Shown here one piece after another: positions 8,097-15,479 of a DNA stretch of 24,000 bases (within the stretch, counting starts at the first letter, position 1; each line of letters begins with the position of its first letter). This DNA comes from Terriglobia bacterium (GTDB lineage: Bacteria; Acidobacteriota; Terriglobia; Terriglobales; Acidobacteriaceae). Below the pieces are notes generated by a model that made no database searches, was not told the origin of the DNA, and was given only the letters and a program-made list of their open reading frames with translations. Made by a program: the position numbers and the translations under genes. The DNA is taken from NCBI GenBank assembly GCA_963796205.1, contig CAWCKR010000004.1, positions 742,726-766,725 of the forward strand, given 5' to 3'.

Positions 8097-9776
8097 TTAA
8101 GGCGTTTTCTTCTTCGCGTACTGCCCCGCTAACTGCTGAAACGCCGGCAAGCTCTTCAACTTCACCAACTCCGGATCATTCTGCGCTTCTTCCGGCGAAT
8201 ACCCCTTCTCAAAGGCTTCCTTCAGCGCCGCCAGCGCCTCTGGCTGCTTGCCTCCCAATGCATTGACCTGCACCTGATCGTAAATCAACTGCAAATCCGA
8301 GGAATCAATCGCCCTCGCCTGCTTGATGTATTGCTCCGCATGCGCGGGATCGCCCTTCTTCGCATAGTAGAGCGCCAGGTCTCCCATCACGCTGGCCGAC
8401 CGCGGATTCACCTGCAACTGCTGATATGCGAGTCCGATCGCCTTATCGTAAGTTGTCACCGCTTGCTCGGTATGGCCTGACGCGCGGTACGCGTCCGCGA
8501 GGTTGCCCATCACCTGCTCGTCCTTCGGACTCATTTCCGCGGCCTTCTCGAAGGCGTGCACTGCTTCGTCATAGCGCTTTAGGAAAAAGTACGCTGTACC
8601 AAGATTCGAATATGCCGAGGCATCAGGCTCTAATTCGATCGTCTTCTGCAAGCCCGGGATCGCCTCCTGGTACTTCCCTTGTCGCAAATAAACCGCAGCA
8701 ATGTTTCCCCAGCCAATGGGATTGTCTGCTGCCAGTTCAGTCACACGCTGGTATTCTTGCAAAGCCTTGTCGCTGTCGCCGGTTTGCAAATAGGCGCCGC
8801 CCAGCTTGTTGTGGTTGTACCAATAATAGGGATTCGCGTTCACCGCAGCCTGATATGCCGCGATCGCATCCTGTTTCTTCCCGCTCGCCAGATATGCATC
8901 GCCCAACCGATAGTAAGTCTCATCGGAGTTGGGAGCCAGCTTCAGCGCCTGCTGCAGCTCATCCACCGCTTGTGCGCTCTTGCCGGTCGCGTTGTAAACG
9001 CTTCCCAGGGCCTGGTGAACTTCCGGCAGATTCGGGTTCAGCCCCTCAGCCTTCTGTGCCGCCACCAGCGCCTTCTGCGCATACAGCGAATCTTTGCTGT
9101 CGCGGTAAAGGCGCAGGTTCGCGTCCGCCAATCCTGCATACGCCAGAGCGAAATTCGGATCCTGTTTGAGCGCCTCTTCGAGGAACTGCACCGCCGACTG
9201 CGTATCGCGCGTGCCCTGGCTTCCGCGCAACGCGTTGCGTCCCTTCAAATACGAATCGTACGCTGTGCTGTTCTCCGTCGGATGCACTCCGCTGCGCGCC
9301 AACTCTTCATTCGTCGGCTTCAATTCGAGCGCGGTCACAACGCTGCCATAAATCTGATCTTCGAGCGTCAGCAAATCGGCCGGGATTCCGGAGAATTCAT
9401 CGCTCCACAAACGGCGTCCACTGGCCACATCTTCCAGATCGAGGGTGATGCGGAACTTGTCGGCCGACCCCTGCACCGTGCCCTGCAGAATCAAATTCAC
9501 GCCCAGCGCCTGCGCGGCTTTGGTCAGTGGCAAGTCTTTGTTCGCGATCTTGTCGACCGCCGCCGACGAGGCCACGTGCACTTCCTTCAACTGAAACATC
9601 TTCGCCGACAGCGCATCCACCAACCCGGCCCCCACGTAGCCCAGCGCCTTTTCGTCGCCCAGAACCTTCAGTGGAAGCACCGCCACATACTTTCCCTTGC
9701 TCAAGGAGGGAATGTTTCCCGCGCCGATCTCGCCCTGCTGCGTTGCCGGAAAGACCAGATGCCGCGTCGCCGGCAC
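8097..9776 (-). CDS. TPR-repeat protein with an N-terminal TolB-N-like module; apparently the detached C-terminal part of the upstream kinase
   Basis: 559-aa ORF from GTG 9776. The N-terminus (YVAVLPLKVLGDEKALGYVGAGLVDALSAKM) is the module normally found just after the TM helix of kinase-TPR fusions. About a dozen TPR units follow (e.g. ALGSVYNATGKSAQAVDELQQALKLAPN). Its 5' 380 nt overlap the kinase ORF in another frame. Confidence 0.8.
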   Translation of the reverse strand: MPATRHLVFPATQQGEIGAGNIPSLSKGKYVAVLPLKVLGDEKALGYVGAGLVDALSAKMFQLKEVHVASSAAVDKIANKDLPLTKAAQALGVNLILQGTVQGSADKFRITLDLEDVASGRRLWSDEFSGIPADLLTLEDQIYGSVVTALELKPTNEELARSGVHPTENSTAYDSYLKGRNALRGSQGTRDTQSAVQFLEEALKQDPNFALAYAGLADANLRLYRDSKDSLYAQKALVAAQKAEGLNPNLPEVHQALGSVYNATGKSAQAVDELQQALKLAPNSDETYYRLGDAYLASGKKQDAIAAYQAAVNANPYYWYNHNKLGGAYLQTGDSDKALQEYQRVTELAADNPIGWGNIAAVYLRQGKYQEAIPGLQKTIELEPDASAYSNLGTAYFFLKRYDEAVHAFEKAAEMSPKDEQVMGNLADAYRASGHTEQAVTTYDKAIGLAYQQLQVNPRSASVMGDLALYYAKKGDPAHAEQYIKQARAIDSSDLQLIYDQVQVNALGGKQPEALAALKEAFEKGYSPEEAQNDPELVKLKSLPAFQQLAGQYAKKKTP

Positions 9777-10947
9777 TGCGAAGAAATGCGATGATCAGCG
9801 CCAGTGCTACCGCTGCCCAGATCATGCGCCCCTGGCTCGGCAGGTTCAGTTGCACCTGCACGCTGCGCGGCGCCGAAGTCTGGGAGATCAATTTCTCGAC
9901 TACGCTGGGATTCGATTGCCACGCGTCCAGCGTATCCAGCAACTCCTGCGCGCTTCCATAACGATGATTCGGATCCCGCTCCAGGCAACGCGCGACCACC
10001 ATGCTCAGCGATTTCGGAACCGTGGGATCGACTTGCGAGATCGGCACCGCCGCTTCCCGCGTGCGCTTCACCAGCGTCGCGATTCCGGTATCTGCTTTAT
10101 AGGGAGACTTGGCTGTCAGCAGTTCGTAGAAGATCAGCCCCACCGCAAACAGGTCCGACCGCTGATCGAGCGTCTCGCCCATCGCCTGTTCCGGAGACAT
10201 GTACTCGAACGTTCCCACCAGCGCCCCGGTCTGCGTCATGCCCGGTGACTCGAGCAAGCGCGCCAACCCGAAATCCATCACTACCACGCGCCCCTGCGGA
10301 TCGCGCATCACATTCTGCGGCTTCAGGTCGCGATGAATCACTCCTTCGGCATGCGCTGCTTCCAGCGCGCGGCAAATCTGCTGAATCGTTTCCACCGATT
10401 GGCTGGGAGAAAATTTTCCGTGCCGCCGCAACAGCGTCCGCAGATCATCGCCTTCCACGTACTCCATGGTGATGAACCGCGTGCCCTCCGACTCGCCGAG
10501 GTCGTAAATCCGCACCACGTTCTTGTGGGTCACGTGCCGCGCCAGAATCAGTTCCTGCTTGAAGCGCTGCAGAATGCTGGGATTTCCCGCAAGCTCGGGA
10601 CGAATCACCTTCAACGCGATGATGCGATCCAGTTCCTGATCGCGTGCCTGGTAGACGGCACCCATGCCGCCCTGGCCCAGCGTTTTCAAAATGCGGTAAC
10701 GCCCGGCGAGGATCGCCCCGGGGCTAAGGAGTGCCTGCTTCGCCAGGTCAGTGTCAGAAATCGATGTGATTGGAGGGGCCGGAGTGGAACCGCCCATCGC
10801 ACTGCCGGGCGCCATGGTAGGCGCGTCGGAAATATCGGACTGCGGCGGCGGAGTCTTTTCAGCCACCGGCGCCCTCTTGGGCGGCGAGCTTTCCCCGGAA
10901 GCTTTGGGAGCCTCGAAATCAGGCATAGTTTTGCCGTCGTCTTCCAT
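9397..10947 (-). CDS. Ser/Thr protein kinase (Hanks type) with a C-terminal TM helix; the ORF tail after about 9785 looks out of frame
   Basis: GQGGMGAVYQA P-loop, IIALKV Lys, HRDLKPQN, DFG, YMSPEQ, then the TM segment MIWAAVALALIIAF. The last ~125 codons (Gly/Arg/Ala-rich) have no protein-like character and overlap the TPR ORF. Confidence 0.85.
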   Translation of the reverse strand: MEDDGKTMPDFEAPKASGESSPPKRAPVAEKTPPPQSDISDAPTMAPGSAMGGSTPAPPITSISDTDLAKQALLSPGAILAGRYRILKTLGQGGMGAVYQARDQELDRIIALKVIRPELAGNPSILQRFKQELILARHVTHKNVVRIYDLGESEGTRFITMEYVEGDDLRTLLRRHGKFSPSQSVETIQQICRALEAAHAEGVIHRDLKPQNVMRDPQGRVVVMDFGLARLLESPGMTQTGALVGTFEYMSPEQAMGETLDQRSDLFAVGLIFYELLTAKSPYKADTGIATLVKRTREAAVPISQVDPTVPKSLSMVVARCLERDPNHRYGSAQELLDTLDAWQSNPSVVEKLISQTSAPRSVQVQLNLPSQGRMIWAAVALALIIAFLRSAGDAASGLSGNAAGRDRRGKHSLLEQGKVCGGASTEGSGRRKGAGLRGGRVGGCAVGEDVSVEGSARGLVGGGRQDREQRLATDQSRAGAGREFDSAGHGAGVGRQVPHHPRSGRCGQWTPFVER

Positions 10948-11214
10948 GCCAGGTCTGCTACTCCCAGGTGCGAGCCTTCTTCGGAATTCCAGGATTCAGA
11001 CGAAGCGCGGCCTGAGACGGGGAATCCCGGAAGTATACTCCACCCCAAGCCCCCGCAAACCATTGTTATGTCTAGGAATAACCGAGGTTAAGGAAGCAAC
11101 CGCGTCCCCGCCCATTGCTGTACCGAACCCGAACCAAAACCGCCGAGGACGCCGAGGTTTCCAAAATTAAAACCCCGCGTCCTCTGCGTCCCCTGTGGTT
11201 TTCACTTCTCGCGC

Positions 11215-11466
11215 CTATACGATGAAACTGCTTAATTCATATTCCGCATTCCGCAGGCCCCCGGCCCGCGCGGGTCGCCGCAGCTTCCGCATCCTCCCGC
11301 CGATGGCGACAGCCGACGCCCCACTCTTCGCCGACACCGCAAACACCGACAACTGTGGCGTCAACTTCTTGCTGTGGCACTTCGGACACTCGGCCTTTTC
11401 GCTGCCATACACCAGCGCTTCGAATCCGTGCTCGCATTCTTTGCAAATGTACTCATAGATAGGCAT
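11215..11466 (-). CDS. FmdB-family zinc-ribbon protein (C-terminal tail probably frameshifted)
   Basis: MPIYEYICKECEHGFEALVYGSEKAECPKCHSKKL carries the CxxC...CPxC FmdB signature. See the finding on the alternative Cys/Gly-rich tail ending at 11232. Confidence 0.8.
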   Translation of the reverse strand: MPIYEYICKECEHGFEALVYGSEKAECPKCHSKKLTPQLSVFAVSAKSGASAVAIGGRMRKLRRPARAGGLRNAEYELSSFIV

Positions 11467-11505
11467 AAATAACTCCGCTGCAACTTAACCATTTAAACTG
11501 TACGC

Positions 11506-12489
11506 GTGGGGTCCTTGCAAGACAAACCAACATTTCAGCCTCGCCGCGGACTGCGCGGCGGACACTTGCAAACCATTGGCAGCTTTCTGCTTCCGCGCCA
11601 CGTCATCCCCCCGCCCGCTGAAGAACGTCTGATCGACGTCGGAGATGGAGCCAAAATCCTTTGCCACTGTCACTGGCAGCCCGATCGCGCCAACGCGCTG
11701 ACCGTCATCGTGGTGCACGGACTGGAAGGTTCCAGCGAGTCGACATACATGCTGGGCATCGCCGCCAAAGGCTTGGCGCGCGGAATGAATGTGATCCGCA
11801 TGAACCAGCGCAACTGCGGAGGCACCGACGGCTTCTCGCCCACGCTTTATCACTCCGGACGCTCCGCCGACATCGCCGCCGTAGTCCGCCATCTCATGAA
11901 GAACGATCGCATTTCTCGTTTCGCGCTCGTAGGATTTTCCATGGGCGGCAACCTGGTGCTCAAGCTCGCCGGTGAGTGGGGAAGAGAAGGACCTTCCGAA
12001 TTCCGCGCCGTGGCGGCGGTTTGCCCTTCCGTCGATCTCGCAGCCTCGGCCGATGCGCTCCATCTGCCCAGTAACCGTTTGTACGAGTATTACTTCCTGT
12101 GGAGGTTGCGCCGGCGCCTGCGCGAGAAAGCGCGCCTGTTCCCCGGTGTCTTCGACGTCTCCCGCCTCAACGGCGTGACCACGTTGCGCGACTTCGATGA
12201 CAAAGTAACCGCCTTCTATTGCGGATTTGAGGGCGCCACTGACTATTACGCCCGCGCCGCCGCATCGAATGTCATCGATCGCATTGCGGTTCCGGCGTTT
12301 ATCCTCAATGCCGCCAATGATCCCTTCATCCGCATCCTTCCCGAAACACGCAAGAAGATCCTCGCGAATCCGCACATCACTTTTATCGAAACCGCCGACG
12401 GCGGGCACTGCTCCTACCTTGCCCAACCTGACGGAGACGACGGCCGCTGGGCCGAAGTCCGTGTGATCGAATTCCTGCGAACGATTTGA
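11506..12489 (+). CDS. alpha/beta-fold hydrolase (YheT-like)
   Basis: 327-aa ORF from GTG. N-terminal RGGHLQTIGSF. Nucleophile elbow GFSMGGN. HG at the end of VIVVHGLEGS. The full-length antisense ORF 11485..12498 is treated as a shadow. Confidence 0.85.
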   Translation: MGSLQDKPTFQPRRGLRGGHLQTIGSFLLPRHVIPPPAEERLIDVGDGAKILCHCHWQPDRANALTVIVVHGLEGSSESTYMLGIAAKGLARGMNVIRMNQRNCGGTDGFSPTLYHSGRSADIAAVVRHLMKNDRISRFALVGFSMGGNLVLKLAGEWGREGPSEFRAVAAVCPSVDLAASADALHLPSNRLYEYYFLWRLRRRLREKARLFPGVFDVSRLNGVTTLRDFDDKVTAFYCGFEGATDYYARAAASNVIDRIAVPAFILNAANDPFIRILPETRKKILANPHITFIETADGGHCSYLAQPDGDDGRWAEVRVIEFLRTI

Positions 12490-12504
12490 AGCGTGCATGC
12501 GTCA

Positions 12505-12659
12505 CGGGGAAGGGCACGATTTTCAATCGTGCCGGACGAAGCCAAAAGGTTCACGGCTTCAGCCGCTGAGGTTTGGTATTGGGTCGAAAGCCGACCTCGG
12601 GGGCTAAAGCCCTCAAGAATGGTCGCTCTTGCGGCACGATTGAAATCGTGCCCTTCCCG
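12505..12659. repeat. MITE/REP-like element bounded by ~27-bp inverted repeats
   Basis: CGGGGAAGGGCACGATTTTCAATCGTGCC (12505-12533) matches the reverse complement of GGCACGATTGAAATCGTGCCCTTCCCG (12633-12659), apart from two 1-nt run-length differences. Each arm is itself a hairpin (CACGATT-loop-AATCGTG). The interior has further small hairpins (GGCTTCAGCC, GGGCTAAAGCCC). Confidence 0.5.
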
Positions 12660-12825
12660 ATTCGCTTCGCCTTCGCATCCTCGAACGATTTGGCTGTCCC
12701 TCCCCATCTTGACAACCTCTCGTTGCTAACGTGGAATACTCCCACGAATTAAAAGCCTCATGGCTTGATCGCCGGAACCAGCTTGGGTTCGAGCGTCCAC
12801 GTCAGTCGTTCAGGAAGGTTTAGAA

Positions 12826-14144
12826 GTGTTCCAGCGATTCCGCGCGCTGCTTTTGTTGAGTCTGCTCCTATGCCTGCTGAGTTGTGGCGGGGGCAGTTCA
12901 AACGCCAATCCCGCTCCGCCTCCTCCCCTTCCCGGCGCCATTCCCGCCAAACTTTTTTCGCTCTCCGTTCACAGCGTCAACGACTGGCCGACGGTTCCAT
13001 TTGCCGGCCTTCGCCTGTGGGGAACCGGTACTTCATGGCAGGACATCAATTACGCACCGGGAATCTTTGATTTCTCAGCGCTCGACCGCTGGATTAGCGC
13101 CGCCCAGGCTCACAACACCGATTTGATCTACACCTTCGGCGAAGTGCCCGGCGTGGGCCTCTTCCGACACGACTCTGATTTGCGGTAACAGCGGCGCTCC
13201 CATCGGCACTTGCGCTCCGCCTGACGATCTCAATGCTGATGGCACCGGAGCCAACCAGCATTGGAAGGACTTCGTGACCGCTGTGGTCACCCACGCCGCG
13301 GGAAAAATCAAGGTCTGGGAAATCTGGAACGAACCCACCGTCCCCGGATACTGGCAGGGCACGAACCAGCAGATGCTGCGCTTGGCGCAAGACGCCTACG
13401 GCATCATTAAAGCCATCGACCCGAATGCGCTGGTGACCACGCCCGCGCCCTCTACCGGAATCAACGGCGTCGCCAACTGGATGGGCCCCTATCTCGCGCT
13501 CGGTGGTGGCAATACGCCGACATCATCAGCTTTCACGGATATAACTGGAGCACGCAGGCGGGAGTCTATCCCCAGCCCGAGGCCATCGTCCCCCTGGTAA
13601 ACAATCTGCAGGGCCGTATTGGCCAGCAATTCGCAAAATAATAAACCGCTGTGGTGCAGCGAAGGCGGCTGGGGAGACACGACCGGCAACGGCTTCGTCG
13701 ATCAGGATCTGCATGCCGCTTACTTGGCGCGCCACTACCTGTTGCAGGCAAGTGAAGGCGTCGTCCGTTACTTCTGGTATGCCTGGGATAATGGCCTCGA
13801 CAGCGCCGGATTGCCCGATGGACTCTGGCTTCCTAATCTCCGGCATCACGCCGGCCGGCACGGCCTATCAGCAAATTCAAAACTGGATGGTCGGCGCCGT
13901 GCCGACCGCCCAGTGCTCCGCCAACGGAAACATCTGGACCTGCAATTACACTCGCGCGAACGGATATCAAGCCGAGGCGATCTGGGATACCTCGAAGAGC
14001 TGTTCGAACGGCATCTGTGGCACCGGCCCGCAAGGTGCACCATCGCAATATGTGCACTACCGCGATCTCAACGGCAATACCACCAGCATTACCGGTGGTA
14101 CTGTCCCGGTGGGAGCGAAACCGATCCTGTTAGAGAATCAGTGA
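12826..14144 (+). pseudogene. clan GH-A (TIM-barrel, GH39/GH5-like) glycoside hydrolase lipoprotein, disrupted by four frameshifts
   Basis: Lipoprotein signal (LLLCLLSCGG). The reading frame must switch near 13150, 13511, 13636 and 13815 to give a continuous sensible protein. That protein carries WEIWNEP (acid/base Glu), ADIISFHGY and KPLWCSEGGWG (nucleophile Glu). ORF-track pieces: 12826..13188, 13274..13600, 13619..14185 and 13713..14144. Confidence 0.75.
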
Positions 14145-14253
14145 AGCTCGTGCAGATGACCGTCCCGTTGCGCGTCTCGCCATAATGCGAGGCAATCTGC
14201 TTGATCCATTGGAAGGGCGTGTCCATTGCATGAGCCAGCCGATGGAACGTCTC
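14143..14253 (-). pseudogene. possible relic fragment of an arylsulfatase-family gene
   Basis: A start-less ~37-codon stretch, AHAMDTPFQWIKQIASHYGETRNGTVI, resembles the conserved TPFQW-KQ(V/I)ASH-GGTRN block of large arylsulfatases as I remember it. It is bounded by a stop upstream and has no continuation. Confidence 0.3.
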
Positions 14254-14356
14254 TTATAGGGACGAGCTTAGACTATCTGCGATCTCCTAAGGCAGAGCGG
14301 ACTTGCTATCATTGGAGAAGCGTTACCGCTTTGAACTGTGGTCTTTAGTCGGAAAC

Positions 14357-14433
14357 GGGCGCGTAGCTCAAACGGATAGAGCATCGGATTTCTAATCCGA
14401 GGGTTGCAGGTTCAATTCCTGCCGCGCCTACCA
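14357..14433 (+). tRNA. tRNA-Arg (anticodon TCT), CCA encoded
   Basis: Manual cloverleaf. Acceptor GGGCGCG/CGCGCCT. D arm GCTC-AAACGGATA-GAGC. Anticodon arm TCGGA-TTTCTAA-TCCGA. Variable loop GGGTT. T arm GCAGG-TTCAATT-CCTGC. Discriminator A followed by CCA. Confidence 0.95.
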
Positions 14434-14542
14434 GCCCGCCGGCTTCAGCGTCGCGGCCCGGGGGCGTGCCTGTCTTTGTAGATACCTCATGGTTGCCATT
14501 CCGTTTGACCGCTGCCCTGCTTATGTTGGATATTGAGACGGA

Positions 14543-14722
14543 ATGGACACCGAGCGGACCATTGCCGAAATCGAGTGGCTGGAGCGCATGTTCGCCGTGC
14601 CCGACGCCAGGCCGCTGAGCGCGAGTGACATCTCGGCTGCGAATCGAAGGCACGACGAGATGAACGCCCAAAGCCCGTGGTTTCAGCTTTGGCATCGGTA
14701 CGGCATCTGCTGCCGCACCTGA
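14543..14722 (+). CDS. possible small protein (59 aa), unknown function
   Basis: ATG..TGA ORF just below the track's size cutoff: MDTERTIAEIEWLERMFAVPDARPLSASDISAANRRHDEMNAQSPWFQLWHRYGICCRT. G/C-rich third positions resemble neighbouring genes. The RBS is weak. Confidence 0.35.
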   Translation: MDTERTIAEIEWLERMFAVPDARPLSASDISAANRRHDEMNAQSPWFQLWHRYGICCRT

Positions 14723-14740
14723 CGCGCTTCACTCCAGCAG

Positions 14741-15154
14741 TTACGACCTTCCCACGAAAGACACTCGTTCGGGGTGTCTCACCAGACTCACCGCCAAGAA
14801 CGCACCGAGAAGAGCATCAAACGCCAGGCAGAAACCCGGCCACCAGTGTGGTACACCGGGGTTGTCGATGAAGAAGCGGTGGACGAAGTCAAAAATGCCG
14901 TGCCCAATAAGGGCGGCGACTATCCACCAGAAGTTTTTTCTGAAGCCGAGGACGGCAACCAGCAGGAATGCGCTTGCGACAACGATTTCAATGATCAGCG
15001 CGCGCCGCGAAGCTCCCATCGCAGCAAACAACACATAATAGGAGGCAATCACGATCAGCACGGTTGGATAGAAGGCGCGCGCCCGATCAAAGCCAGTCAT
15101 GGCAGCAAAACCAGCCACCGCCAAAGACAGGATCAGGCCAATCAGATATTCCAT
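14741..15154 (-). CDS. small integral membrane protein (about 4 TM), unknown function
   Basis: ATG 15154 is preceded by GAGGAG. MEYLIGLILSLAVAGFAAMTG... has four hydrophobic segments. The 79-codon upstream extension in the ORF track (to 15391) is Arg-rich and not protein-like. Confidence 0.65.
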   Translation of the reverse strand: MEYLIGLILSLAVAGFAAMTGFDRARAFYPTVLIVIASYYVLFAAMGASRRALIIEIVVASAFLLVAVLGFRKNFWWIVAALIGHGIFDFVHRFFIDNPGVPHWWPGFCLAFDALLGAFLAVSLVRHPERVSFVGRS

Positions 15155-15353
15155 TTGCTCCTCTCGCCGCGGGGCCCGCACGGATCTGCAATACCCGAAC
15201 TTCCCGGCATGCTTCTCTACCGTTTCGGATCCCTGTCGTCGGGCGTATTCCCCGCGCCTGATGGCGTTCGACATTCCGAGTTCCTCGTCACGTCGGGCAC
15301 GGGAAAGGCGACAATTCCTCCCCAAGTTCCGCGTCGCCCCCCTCGCTTTTCTA

Positions 15354-15371
15354 TTGTGACTTACGTCACAA
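15354..15371. promoter_or_regulatory. perfect CRP/FNR-family type palindrome
   Basis: TTGTGAC-ttac-GTCACAA, i.e. TGTGA-N6-TCACA with extended arms. It lies about 110-125 nt upstream of the cytochrome-porin ATG (15480), in the divergent intergenic region. Confidence 0.4.
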
Positions 15372-15479
15372 ACCTGCGTGACCCCTGCCACAGCGTCTTG
15401 GGTCGTAGCTAACCGAAAATCCCCACACTGAGTTTGGGGAGTATCGGTTCAGAGAATGAATTCATTAGGAGGCGATTCG

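Noticed and set aside
9770-9800. Programmed ribosomal frameshifting joining the kinase and TPR ORFs.
   Set aside because: There is no slippery heptamer of the X_XXY_YYZ type and no obvious downstream stimulatory structure at the junction. A simple indel is more parsimonious.
11146-11194. Short GGACGC/GCGTCC motif cluster (GAGGACGCCGAGG ... GCGTCCTCTGCGTCCCC) between the FmdB and kinase genes. It may be a terminator hairpin or a dispersed repeat.
   Set aside because: The stem is only 8 bp with a ~24-nt loop and a weak T-tract. It resembles short GC-rich intergenic repeats seen in soil bacteria, but copy number cannot be assessed from one window.
11485-12498. Long antisense ORFs mirroring real genes. 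Examples: 11485..12498(-), 15570..16715(-), 8679..9794(+), 6396..7130(+), 20256..21008(-), 7157..7900 and 7167..8006(-), 18886..19635(-), 22508..23203(-), 3593..4207(-).
   Set aside because: Each lies opposite a gene with clear family motifs. Their translations are Arg/Gly/Ala-rich, low in complexity and without recognisable motifs, which is typical of shadow ORFs in GC-rich DNA.
15155-15391. The 79-codon N-terminal extension of the small membrane protein ORF.
   Set aside because: It is Arg-rich and non-protein-like. The internal ATG 15154 has a GAGGAG RBS and starts exactly at the first TM helix.
14357-15400. tRNA-Arg as the attachment site of a genomic island carrying the electron-transport cluster.
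   Set aside because: There is no integrase or recombinase gene. I could find no direct repeat of the tRNA 3' end in the window, and no obvious compositional break downstream. The decay next to the tRNA (hydrolase pseudogene, sulfatase relic) lies on the upstream side.
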